Source of the DNA: Eledone cirrhosa
Taxonomy: Eukaryota
NCBI GenBank assembly: GCA_964016885.1
Contig: OZ024743.1
Span: 361,832,001-361,896,000 of the forward strand
Length of the DNA: 64,000 nucleotides
Direction of reading: 5' to 3'
Each line of letters opens with the position of its first letter. Positions within the stretch are counted from its first letter, which is position 1. The notes beneath the pieces are model-generated. The model was not told the DNA's origin. It saw only the letters and a list, made by a program, of their open reading frames with translations, and did not search any database. The position numbers were made by a program, and so were the translations under genes. Positions 47,501 to 62,100 of this stretch are shown one piece after another.

Positions 47501-50500
47501 TGTTATAACTAGTACAGCACACAGTGCAAACAATTGTTATAACTAGTACAGCACACAGTGGAAACAATTGTTATAACTAGTACAGCTCACAGTGGAAACA
47601 ATTGTTATAACTAGTACAGCTGACAGTGCAAACAATTGTTATAACTAGTACAGCTCACAGTTGAAACATTTGTTATAACTAGTACAGCTGACAGTGGAAA
47701 CAGTTGTTATAACTAGTACAGCACACAGTGGAAACAATTATTATAACTAGTACAGCTCACAGTGGAAACAATTGATATAACTAGTACAGCACACAGTGAA
47801 AACAATTGTTATAACTAGTACAGCTCACAGTGGAAACAATTGTTATAACTAGTACCGCACACAGTGGAAACATTGTTATAACTAGTACAGCACACAGTGC
47901 AAACAATTGTTATAACTAGTACAGCACACAGTGGAAACAATTGTTATATCTAGTACAGCTCACAGTGGAAACAATTGTTATAACTAGTACAGCCCACAGT
48001 GGAAACAATTGTTATAACTAGTACAGCACACAGTGGAAACAATTATTATAACTAGTACAGCTCACAGTGGAAACAATTGTTATAACTAGTACAGCACACA
48101 ATGGAAACAATTGTTATAACTAGTACAGCTGACAGTGGAAACAATTGTTATAACTAGTACGGCTGACAGTGGAAACAATTGTTATAACTAGTACAGCACA
48201 CAGTGGAAACATTTGTTATAACTAGTACAGCTCATAGTGGAAACAATTGATATAACTAGTACATCACACAGTGGAAACAATTGTTATAACAAGTACAGCT
48301 CACAGTGGAAACAATTGTTATAACTAGTACAGCACACAGTGGAAACATTGTTATAACTAGTACAGCACACAGTGCAAACAATTGTTATAACTAGTACAGC
48401 ACACAGTGGAAACAATTGTTATAACTAGTACAGCTCACAGTGGAAACAATTGTTATAACTAGTACAGCTGACAGTGGAAACAATTGTTATAAATAGTACA
48501 GCACACAGTGGAAACAATTGTTATACCTAGTACAGCACACAGGGGAAACAATTGTTATAACTAGTACATCACACAGTGGAAACAATTGTTATAACTAGTA
48601 CAGCACACAGTGGAAACAATTATTATAACTAGTACAGCACACAGTGCAAACATTTGTTATAACTAGTACAGCTCACAGTAGAAACAATTGTTATAACTAG
48701 TACAGCACACAGTGGAAACAATTGTTATAACTAGTACAGCTGACAGTGGAAACAATTGTTATAACTAGTACAGCACACAGTGGAAACAATTGTTATAACT
48801 AGTACAGCACATAGTGGAAACAATTGATATAACTAGTACATCACACAGTGGAAACAATTGTTATAACAAGTACAGCTCACAGTGGAAACAATTGTTATAA
48901 CTAGTACAGCACACAGTGGAAACAATTGTTATAACTAGTACAGCACACAGTGGAAACAATTGTTATAACTAGTACAGCACACAGTGCAAACAATTGTTAT
49001 AACTAGTACAGCTGACAGTGGAAATATTTGTTATAACTAGTACAGCTGACAGTGGAAACAATTGTTATAACTGGTACAGCTGACAGTGGAAACAATTGTT
49101 ATAACTAGTACAGCACACAGTGGAAACATTATTATAACTAGTACAGCTGACAGTGGAAACAATTGTTTTAACTAGTACAGCACACAGTGGAAACAATTGT
49201 TATAACTAGTACAGCACACAGTGCAAACAATTGTTATAACTAGTACAGCTCACAGTGCAAACAATTGTTGTAACTAGTACAGCTCACAGTGGAAACAATT
49301 GTTATAACTAGTACAGCTGACAGTGGAAACAATTGTTATAACTAGTACAGCACACAGTGCAAACAATTTTTATAACTAGTACAGCACACAGTGCAAACAA
49401 TTGTTATAACTAGCACAGCACACAGTGGAAACAATTGTTATAACTAGTACAGCACACAGTGGAAACAATTGTTATAACTAGTACAGCTCACAGTGGAAAC
49501 AATTGTTATAACTAGTACAGCTGACAGTGGAAACAATTGTTATAACTAGTACAGCACACAGTGGAAACAATTGTTATAACTAGTACAGTCTACAGTGCAA
49601 ACAATTGTTATAACTAGTACAGCTCACAGTGCAAATAATTGTTATAACTAGTACAGCTCACAGTGGAAACAATTGTTATAACTAGTACAGCTGACAGTGG
49701 AAACAATTGTTATAACTAGTACAGCACACAGTGGAAATAATTGTTATATCTAGTACAGCACACAGTGCAAACAATTGTTATAACTAGTACAACTCACAGT
49801 GCAAACAATTGTTATAACTAGTACAGATCACAGTGGAAACAGTTGTTATAACTAGTACAGCACACAGTGCAAACAATTGTTATAACTAGTACAGCACACA
49901 GTGGAAACAATTGTTATAACTAGTACAGCTCACAGTGGAAACAATTGTTATGACTAGTACAGCTCACAGTGGAAACAATTGTTATGACTAGTACAGCTGA
50001 CAGTGGAAACAGTTGTTATAACTAGTACAGCACACAGTGCAAACAATTGTTATAACTAGTACAACTCACAGTGCAAACAATTGTTATAACTAGTACAGAT
50101 CACAGTGGAAACAGTTGTTATAACTAGTACAGCACACAGTGCAAACAATTGTTATAACTAGTACAGCACACAGTGCAAACAATCGTTATAACTAGTACAG
50201 TACACAGTGGAAATAATTGTTATAACTAGTACAGCACACAGTGGAAACAATTGTTATAACTAGTACAGCTCACAGTGCAAACAATTGTTATAACTAGTAC
50301 AGCTCACAGTGGAAACAATTGTTATAACTAGTACAGCTGACAGTGGAAACAATTGTTATAACTAGTACAGCTGACAGTGGAAACAATTGTTTTAACTAGT
50401 ACAGCACACAGTGGAAACAATTGTTATAACTAGTACAGCTGACAGTGCAAACAATTGTTATAACTAGTACAGCTCACAGTGCAAACAATTGTTATAACTA

Positions 50501-53500
50501 GTACAGCACACAGTGGAAATAATTCTTATGACTAGTACAGCTCACAGTGGAAACAATTGTTATAAATAGTACAGCTGACAGTGGAAACAATTGTTATAAA
50601 TAGTACAGCTCACAGTGGAAACAATTGTTATAACTAGTTCAGCTGACAGTGGAAACAATTGTTATAACTAGTACAGCTCACAGTGCAAACAATTGTTATA
50701 ACTAGTACAGCACACAGTGGAAACAATTGTTATAACTAGTACAGCTCACAGTGCAAACAATTGTTATAACTAGTACAGCTCACAGTGGAAACAATTGTTA
50801 TAACTAGTTCAGCTGACAGTGGAAACAATTGTTATAACTAGTACAGCTCACAGTGCAAACAATTGTTATAACTGGTACAGCTCACAGTGGAAACAATTGT
50901 TATAACTAGTTCAGCTGACAGTGGAAACAATTGTTATAACTAGTACAGCTCACAGTGCAAACAATTGTTATAACTAGTACAGCACACAGTGGAAACAATT
51001 GTTATAACTAGTACAGCTCACAGTGCAAACAATTGTTATAACTAGTACAGCTCACAGTGGAAACAATTGTTATAAATAGTACAGCTCACAGTGGAAACAA
51101 TTGTTATAACTAGTTCAGCTGACAGTGGAAACAATTGTTATAACTAGTACAGCTGACAGTGGAAACAATTGTTTTAACTAGTACAGCACACAGTGGAAAC
51201 AATTGTTATAACTAGTACAGCTGACAGTGCAAACAATTGTTATAACTAGTACAGCTCACAGTGCAAACAATTGTTATAACTAGTACAGCACACAGTGGAA
51301 ACAATTGTTATAACTGGTACAGCTCACAGTGGAAACAATTGTTATAAATAGTACAGCTCACAGTGGAAACAATTGTTATAACTAGTACAGCACACAGTGG
51401 AAACAATTGTTATAACTAGTACAGTCTACAGTGCAAACAATTGTTATAACTAGTACAGCTCACAGTGCAAACAATTGTTATAACTAGTACAGCACACAGT
51501 GGAAACAATTGTTATAATTAGTACAGCTCACAGTGCAAACAATTGTTATAACTAGTACAGCTCACAGTTGAAACATTTGTTATAACTAGTACAGCTGACA
51601 GTGGAAACAGTTGTTATAACTAGTACAGCACACAGTGGAAACAATTATTATAACTAGTACAGCTCACAGTGGAAACAATTGATATAACTAGTACAGCACA
51701 CAGTGAAAACAATTGTTATAACTAGTACAGCTCACAGTGGAAACAATTGTTATAACTAGTACCGCACACAGTGGAAACATTGTTATAACTAGTACAGCAC
51801 ACAGTGCAAACAATTGTTATAACTAGTACAGCACACAGTGGAAACAATTGTTATATCTAGTACAGCTCACAGTGGAAACAATTGTTATAACTAGTACAGC
51901 CCACAGTGGAAACAATTGTTATAACTAGTACAGCACACAGTGGAAACAATTATTATAACTAGTACAGCTCACAGTGGAAACAATTGTTATAACTAGTACA
52001 GCACACAATGGAAAAAATTGTTATAACTAGTACAGCTGACAGTGGAAACAATTGTTATAACTAGTACGGCTGACAGTGGAAACAATTGTTATAACTAGTA
52101 CAGCACACAGTGGAAACATTTGTTATAACTAGTACAGCTCATAGTGGAAACAATTGATATAACTAGTACATCACACAGTAGAAACAATTGTTATAACAAG
52201 TACAGCTCACAGTGGAAACAATTGTTATAACTAGTACAGCACACAGTGGAAACATTGTTATAACTAGTACAGCACACAGTGCAAACAATTGTTATAACTA
52301 GTACAGCACACAGTGGAAACAATTGTTATAACTAGTACAGCTCACAGTGGAAACAATTGTTATAACTAGTACAGCTGACAGTGCAAACAATTGTTATAAC
52401 TAGTACAGCTCACAGTTGAAACATTTGTTATAACTAGTACAGCTGACAGTGGAAACAGTTGTTATAACTAGTACAGCACACAGTGGAAACAATTATTATA
52501 ACTAGTACAGCTCACAGTGGAAACAATTGATATAACTAGTACAGCACACAGTGAAAACAATTGTTATAACTAGTACAGCTCACAGTGGAAACAATTGTTA
52601 TAACTAGTACCGCACACAGTGGAAACATTGTTATAACTAGTACAGCACACAGTGCAAACAATTGTTATAACTAGTACAGCACACAGTGGAAACAATTGTT
52701 ATATCTAGTACAGCTCACAGTGGAAACAATTGTTATAACTAGTACAGCCCACAGTGGAAACAATTGTTATAACTAGTACAGCACACAGTGGAAACAATTA
52801 TTATAACTAGTACAGCTCACAGTGGAAACAATTGTTATAACTAGTACAGCACACAATGGAAACAATTGTTATAACTAGTACAGCTGACAGTGGAAACAAT
52901 TGTTATAACTAGTACGGCTGACAGTGGAAACAATTGTTATAACTAGTACAGCACACAGTGGAAACATTTGTTATAACTAGTACAGCTCATAGTGGAAACA
53001 ATTGATATAACTAGTACATCACACAGTGGAAACAATTGTTATAACAAGTACAGCTCACAGTGGAAACAATTGTTATAACTAGTACAGCACACAGTGGAAA
53101 CATTGTTATAACTAGTACAGCACACAGTGCAAACAATTGTTATAACTAGTACAGCACACAGTGGAAACAATTGTTATAACTAGTACAGCTCACAGTGGAA
53201 ACAATTGTTATAACTAGTACAGCTGACAGTGGAAACAATTGTTATAAATAGTACAGCACACAGTGGAAACAATTGTTATACCTAGTACAGCACACAGGGG
53301 AAACAATTGTTATAACTAGTACATCACACAGTGGAAACAATTGTTATAACTAGTACAGCACACAGTGGAAACAATTATTATAACTAGTACAGCACACAGT
53401 GCAAACATTTGTTATAACTAGTACAGCTCACAGTAGAAACAATTGTTATAACTAGTACAGCACACAGTGGAAACAATTGTTATAACTAGTACAGCTGACA

Positions 53501-53710
53501 GTGGAAACAATTGTTATAACTAGTACAGCACACAGTGGAAACAATTGTTATAACTAGTACAGCACATAGTGGAAACAATTGATATAACTAGTACATCACA
53601 CAGTGGAAACAATTGTTATAACAAGTACAGCTCACAGTGGAAACAATTGTTATAACTAGTACAGCACACAGTGGAAACAATTGTTATAACTAGTACAGCA
53701 CACAGTGGAA
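44170..53710 (+). repeat. Near-perfect tandem duplication with 4755-bp period (140 monomers - 5 bp), each copy containing an 848-bp (25-monomer) internal tandem duplication
   Basis: GAAATATTTG at 44266/49021, AATCG (CG at 45429/50184), CAGTTGAAACATTTG at 46813/47661/51568/52416. Five 1-bp-deleted monomers per unit account for the -5. Confidence 0.9.
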
Positions 53711-56700
53711 ACAATTGTTATAACTAGTACAGCACACAGTGGAAACAATTGTTATAACTAGTACAGCACACAGTGGAAACAATTGTTATAACTAGTAAAG
53801 CACACAATGGAAACAATTGTTATAACTAGTACAGCTCACAGTGCAAATAGTTGTTATAACTAGTCAGCACACAGTGGAAACAATTGTTATAATTAGTACA
53901 GCACACAGTGAAAGCAATTGTTATAACTAGTACAGCTCACAGTGCAAACAATTGTTATAACTAGTACAGCTGACAGTGGAAACAATTGTTATAACTAGTA
54001 CAGCCCACAGTGGAAACAATTGTTATAACTAGTACAGCTCACAGTGGAAACAATTGTTATAACTAGTACATCTGACAGTGGAAAAAATTGTTATAACTAT
54101 TACAGCTGACAGTGAAAACAATTGTTATAACTAGTACAGCTGACAGTGGAAACAATTGTTATAACTAGTACAGCACACAGTGAAAACAATTGTTATAATT
54201 AGTAGAGCTGACAGTGGAAACAATTGTTATAACTAGTACAGCACACAGTGGAAACAATTGTTATAACTAGTACAGCACACAGTGCAAACAATTGTTATAA
54301 CTAGTACAGCTCACAGTGCAAACAATTGTTATAACTAGTACAGCTCACGGTGGAAACAATTGTTATAACTAGTACAGCTCACAGTGGAAACAATTGTTAT
54401 AACTGGTACAGCACACAGTGGAAACAATTGTTATAACTAGTACAGCCACACAGTGGAAACAATTGTTATAACTAGTACAGCACACAGTGCAAACAATTGT
54501 TATAACTAGTACAGCTCACAGTGCAAACAATTGTTATAACTAGTACAGATCACAGTGGAAACAATTGTTATAATTAGTACAGCTGACAGTGGAAACATTT
54601 GTTATAACTAGTACAGCTGACAGTGGAAACAATTGTTATAACTGGTACAGCTGACAGGGGAAACAATTGTTATAACTAGTACAGCACACAGTGGAAACAA
54701 TTGTTATAACTAGTACAGCTCACAGTGCAAACAATTGTTATAACTAGTACAGCACACAGTGGAAACAATTGTTATAACTAGTACAGCACACAGTGCAAAC
54801 AATTGTTATAATTAGTACAGCACACAGTGGAAACAATTGTTATAACTAGTACAGCACACAGTGGAAACAATTGTTATAACTAGTACAGCACACAGTGCAA
54901 ACAATTTTTATGACTAGTACAGCACACAGTGCAAACAATTGTTATAATTAGTACAGCACACAGTGGAAACAATTGTTTTAACTAGTACAGCTCATAGTGG
55001 AAACAATTGTTATAACTAGAACAGCTCACAGTGGAAACAATTGTTATGACTAGTACAGCTCACAGTGGAAACAATTGTTATAACTAGTACAGCACACAGT
55101 GGAAACAATTGTTATAACTAGTACAGCAAACAGTGGAAACAATTGTTATAACTAGCACATCACACAGGGGAAACAATTGTTATAATTAGTACAGCACACA
55201 GTGGAAACAATTGTTATAACTAGTACAGCACACAGTGGAAACAATTGTTATAACTAGTACAGCACACAGTGGAAACAATTGTTATAATTAGTACAGCACA
55301 CAGTGGAAACAATTGTTATAACTAGTAGAGCTGACAGTGGAAACAATTGTTATAACTAGTACAGCACACAGTGGAAACAATTGTTATAACTAGTACAGCT
55401 GACAGTGGAAACAATTGTTATAACTAGTACAGCACACAGTGGAAACATTTGTTATAACTAGTACAGCACACAGTGCAAACAATTGTTATAACTGATACAG
55501 CTCACAGTGGAAACAATTGTTATAACTAGTACAGCACACAGTGGAAACAATTGTTATAACTAGTACAGCTGACAGTGGAAACAATTGTTATAACTAGTAC
55601 AGCACACAGTGGAAACAATTGTTATAACTAGTACAGCACACAGTGGAAACAATTGTTATAACTAGTACAGCACACAGTGGAAACAATTGTTATAACTAGT
55701 ACAGCTCACAGTGGAAACAATTGTTATAACTAGTACAGCTGACAGTGGAAACAATTGTTATAACTAGTACAGCTGACAGTGGAAACAATTGTTATAACTA
55801 GTACAGCACACAGTGGAAATAATTGTTATAACTAGTACAGCACACAGTGGAAACAATTGTTATAACTAGTACAGCACACAGTGGAAACAATTGTTATAAC
55901 TAGTACAGCTGACAGAGGAAACAATTGTTATAACTGGTACAGATGACAGTGGAAACAATTGTTATAAATAGTACAGCTGACAGTGGAAACAATTGTTATA
56001 ACTGGTACATCACACAGTGGAAACAATTGTTATAACTAGTACAGCTGACAGTGGAAACAATTGTTATAACTAGTACAGCACACAGTGGAAACAATTGTTA
56101 TAACTAGTACAGCACACAGTGCAAACAATTGTTATAACTAGTACAGCTCACAGTGCAAATAATTGTTATAACTAGTACAGCTCACAGTGGAAACAATTGT
56201 TATAACTAGTACAGCTGACAGTGGAAACAATTGTTATAACTAGTACAGCCACACAGTGGAAACAATTGTTATAACTAGTACAGCACACAGTGGAAACAAT
56301 TGTTATAACTAGTACAGCTCACAGTGCAAACAATTGTTATAACTAGTACAGATCACAGTGGAAACAATTGTTATAACTAGTACAGCTGACAGTGGAAACA
56401 TTTGTTATAACTAGTACAGCTGACAGTGGAAACAATTGTTATAACTGGTACAGCTGACAGTGGAAACAATTGTTATAACTAGTACAGCACACAGTGGAAA
56501 CAATTATTATAACTAGTACAGCTGACAGTGGAAACAATTGTTTTAACTAGTACAGCACACAGTGGAAACAATTGTTATAACTAGTACAGCACACAGTGCA
56601 AACAATTGTTATAACTAGTACAGCTCACAGTGCAAACAATTGTTGTAACTAGTACAGCTCACAGTGGAAACAATTGTTATAACTAGTACAGCTGACAGTG

Positions 56701-59184
56701 GAAACAATTGTTATAACTAGTACAGCACACAGTGCAAACAATTTTTATAACTAGTACAGCACACAGTGCAAACAATTGTTATAACTAGCACAGCACACAG
56801 TGGAAACAATTGTTATAACTAGTACAGCACACAGTGGAAACAATTGTTATAACTAGTACAGCTCACAGTGGAAACAATTGTTATAACTAGTACAGCTGAC
56901 AGTGGAAACAATTGTTATAACTAGTACAGCACACAGTGGAAACAATTGTTATAACTAGTACAGTCTACAGTGCAAACAATTGTTATAACTAGTACAGCTC
57001 ACAGTGCAAATAATTGTTATAACTAGTACAGCTCACAGTGGAAACAATTGTTATAACTAGTACAGCTGACAGTGGAAACAATTGTTATAACTAGTACAGC
57101 ACACAGTGGAAATAATTGTTATATCTAGTACAGCACACAGTGCAAACAATTGTTATAACTAGTACAGCTCACAGTGCAAACAATTGTTATAACTAGTACA
57201 GATCACAGTGGAAACAATTGTTATAACTAGTACCGCTGACAGTGGAAACAATTGTTATAACTAGTACAGCTCACAGTGGAAACAATTGTTATAACTAGTA
57301 CAGCTCACAGTGGAAAAATTGTTATAACTAGTACAGCACACAGTGCAAACAATTGTTATAACTAGTACAGTACACAGTGGAAATAATTGTTATAACTAGT
57401 ACAGCACACAGTGCAAACAATTGTTATAACTAGTACAGCACACAGTGGAAATAATTGTTATGACTAGTACAGCTCACAGTGGAAACAATTGTTATAACTA
57501 GTACAGCACACAGTGGAAACAATTGTTATAATTAGTACAGCACACAGTGCAAACAATTGTTATAACTAGTACAGTACACAGTGGAAATAATTGTTATAAC
57601 TAGTACAGCACACAGTGCAAACAATTGTTATAACTAGTACAGCTCACAGTGCAAACAATTGTTATAACTAGTACAGCTCACAGTGGAAACAATTGTTATA
57701 ACTAGTACAGCTGACAGTGGAAACAATTGTTATAACTAGTACAGCTGAGAGTGGAAACAATTGTTATAACTAGTACAGCTGACAGTGGAAACAATTGTTT
57801 TAACTAGTACAGCACACAGTGGAAATAATTGTTATGACTAGTACAGCTCACAGTGGAAACAATTGTTATAACTAGTACAGCACACAGTGGAAACAATTGT
57901 TATAATTAGTACAGCACACAGTGCAAACAATTGTTATAACTAGTACAGTACACAGTGGAAATAATTGTTATAACTAGTACAGCACACAGTGCAAACAATT
58001 GTTATAACTAGTACAGCTCACAGTGCAAACAATTGTTATAACTAGTACAGCTCACAGTGGAAACAATTGTTATAAATAGTACAGCTCACAGTGGAAACAA
58101 TTGTTATAACTAGTTCAGCTGACAGTGGAAACAATTGTTATAACTAGTACAGCACACAGTGGAAACAATTGTTATAACTAGTACAGTCTACAGTGCAAAC
58201 AATTGTTATAACTAGTACAGCTCACAGTGCAAACAATTGTTATAACTAGTACAGCACACAGTGGAAACAATTGTTATAATTAGTACAGCTCACAGTGCAA
58301 ACAATTGTTATAACTAGTACAGCTCACAGTTGAAACATTTGTTATAACTAGTACAGCTGACAGTGGAAACAGTTGTTATAACTAGTACAGCACACAGTGG
58401 AAACAATTATTATAACTAGTACAGCTCACAGTGGAAACAATTGATATAACTAGTACAGCACACAGTGAAAACAATTGTTATAACTAGTACAGCTCACAGT
58501 GGAAACAATTGTTATAACTAGTACCGCACACAGTGGAAACATTGTTATAACTAGTACAGCACACAGTGCAAACAATTGTTATAACTAGTACAGCACACAG
58601 TGGAAACAATTGTTATATCTAGTACAGCTCACAGTGGAAACAATTGTTATAACTAGTACAGCCCACAGTGGAAACAATTGTTTTAACTAGTACAGCACAC
58701 AGTGGAAACAATTATTATAACTAGTACAGCTCACAGTGGAAACAATTGTTATAACTAGTACAGCACACAATGGAAACAATTGTTATAACTAGTACAGCTG
58801 ACAGTGGAAACAATTGTTATAACTAGTACGGCTGACAGTGGAACAATTGTTATAACTAGTACAGCACACAGTGGAAACATTTGTTATAACTAGTACAGCT
58901 CATAGTGGAAACAATTGATATAACTAGTACATCACACAGTGGAAACAATTGTTATAACAAGTACAGCTCACAGTGGAAACAATTGTTATAACTAGTACAG
59001 CACACAGTGGAAACATTGTTATAACTAGTACAGCACACAGTGCAAACAATTGTTATAACTAGTACAGCACACAGTGGAAACAATTGTTATAACTAGTACA
59101 GCTCACAGTGGAAGCAATTGTTATAACTAGTACAGCTGACAGTGGAAACAATTGTTATAACTAGTACAGCACACAGTGGAAATA

Positions 59185-62100
59185 ATTGTTATAACTAGTA
59201 CAGCACACAGTGGAAACATTTGTTATAACTAGTACAGCACACAGTGCAAACAATTGTTATAACTGGTACAGCTCACAGTGGAAACAATTGTTATAACTAG
59301 TACAGCACACAGTGGAAACAATTGTTATAACTAGTACAGCTGACAGTGGAAACAATTGTTATAACTAGTACAGCACACAGTGGAAACAATTGTTATAACT
59401 AGTACAGCACACAGTGGAAACAATTGTTATAACTAGTACAGCACACAGTGGAAACAATTGTTATAACTAGTACAGCTCACAGTGGAAACAATTGTTATAA
59501 CTAGTACAGCTGACAGTGGAAACAATTGTTATAACTAGTACAGCTGACAGTGGAAACAATTGTTATAACTAGTACAGCACACAGTGGAAATAATTGTTAT
59601 AACTAGTACAACACACAGTGGAAACAATTGTTATAACTAGTACAGCACACAGAGGAAACAATTGTTGTAACTAGTACAGCTGACAGAGGAAACAATTGTT
59701 ATAACTAGTACAGATGACAGTGGAAACAATTGTTATAAATAGTACAGCTGACAGTGGAAACAATTGTTATAACTGGTACAGCACACAGTGGAAACAATTG
59801 TTATAACTAGTACAGCTGACAGTGGAAACAATTGTTATAACTAGTACAGCACACAGTGGAAACAATTGTTATAACTAGTACAGCACACAGTGCAAACAAT
59901 TGTTATAACTAGTACAGCTGACAGTGGAAATATTTGTTATAACTAGTACAGCTGACAGTGGAAACAATTGTTATAACTGGTACAGCTGACAGTGGAAACA
60001 ATTGTTATAACTAGTACAGCACACAGTGGAAACATTATTATAACTAGTACAGCTGACAGTGGAAACAATTGTTTTAACTAGTACAGCACACAGTGGAAAC
60101 AATTGTTATAACTAGTACAGCACACAGTGCAAACAATTGTTATAACTAGTACAGCTGACAGTGCAAACAATTGTTGTAACTAGTACAGCTCACAGTGGAA
60201 ACAATTGTTATAACTAGTACAGCTGACAGTGGAAACAATTGTTATAACTAGTACAGCACACAGTGCAAACAATTTTTATAACTAGTACAGCACACAGTGC
60301 AAACAATTGTTATAACTAGCACAGCACACAGTGGAAACAATTGTTATAACTAGTACAGCACACAGTGGAAACAATTGTTATAACTAGTACAGCTCACAGT
60401 GGAAACAATTGTTATAACTAGTACAGCTGACAGTGGAAACAATTGTTATAACTAGTACAGCTGACAGTGGAAACAATTGTTATAACTAGTACAGCACACA
60501 GTGGAAATAATTGTTATAACTAGTACAGCACACAGTGGAAACAATTGTTATAACTAGTACAGCACACAGTGGAAACAATTGTTATAACTAGTACAGCTGA
60601 CAGAGGAAACAATTGTTATAACTAGTACAGATGACAGTGGAAACAATTGTTATAAATAGTACAGCTGACAGTGGAAACAATTGTTATAACTAGTACAGAT
60701 CACAGTGGAAACAATTGTTATAACTAGTACAGCTGACAGTGGAAACATTTGTTATAACTAGTACAGCTGACAGTGGAAACAATTGTTATAACTGGTACAG
60801 CTGACAGTGGAAACAATTGTTATAACTAGTACAGCACACAGTGGAAACAATTATTATAACTAGTACAGCACACAGTGGAAACAATTGTTATAACTAGTAC
60901 AGCACACAGTGGAAACAATTGTTATAACTAGTACAGCACACAGTGGAAACAATTGTTATAACTAGTACAGCACACAGTGGAAACAATTGTTATAACTAGT
61001 AGAGCTGACAGTGGAAACAATTGTTATAACTAGTACAGCACACAGTGGAAACAATTGTTATAACTAGTACAGCTGACAGTGGAAACAATTGTTATAACTA
61101 GTACAGCACACAGTGGAAACATTTGTTATAACTAGTACAGCACACAGTGCAAACAATTGTTATAACTGGTACAGCTCACAGTGGAAACAATTGTTATAAC
61201 TAGTACGGCACACAGTGGAAACAATTGTTATAACTAGTACAGCTGACAGTGGAAACAATTGTTATAACTAGTACAGCACACAGTGGAAACAATTGTTATA
61301 ACTAGTACAGCACACAGTGGAAACAATTGTTATAACTAGTACAGCTCACAGTGGAAACAATTGTTATAACTAGTACAGCTGACAGTGGAAACAATTGTTA
61401 TAACTAGTACAGCTGACAGTGGAAACAATTGTTATAACTAGTACAGCACACAGTGGAAATAATTGTTATAACTAGTACAGCACACAGTGGAAACAATTGT
61501 TATAACTAGTACAGCACACAGTGGAAACAATTGTTATAACTAGTACAGCTGACAGAGGAAACAATTGTTATAACTAGTACAGATGACAGTGGAAACAATT
61601 GTTATAAATAGTACAGCTGACAGTGGAAACAATTGTTATAACTAGTACAGATCACAGTGGAAACAATTGTTATAACTAGTACAGCTGACAGTGGAAACAT
61701 TTGTTATAACTAGTACAGCTGACAGTGGAAACAATTGTTATAACTGGTACAGCTGACAGTGGAAACAATTGTTATAACTAGTACAGCACACAGTGGAAAC
61801 AATTATTATAACTAGTACAGCTGACAGTGGAAACAATTGTTTTAACTAGTACAGCACACAGTGGAAACAATTGTTATAACTAGTACAGCACACAGTGGAA
61901 ACAATTGTTATAACTAGTACAGCACAGAGTGGAAACAATTGTTATAACTAGTACAGCTCACAGTGGAAACAATTGTTATAACTAGTACAGCTGACAGTGG
62001 AAACAATTGTTATAACTAGTAGAGTTGACAGTGGAAACAATTGTTATAACTAGTACAGCACACAGTGGAAACAATTGTTATAACTAGTACAGCTGACAGT

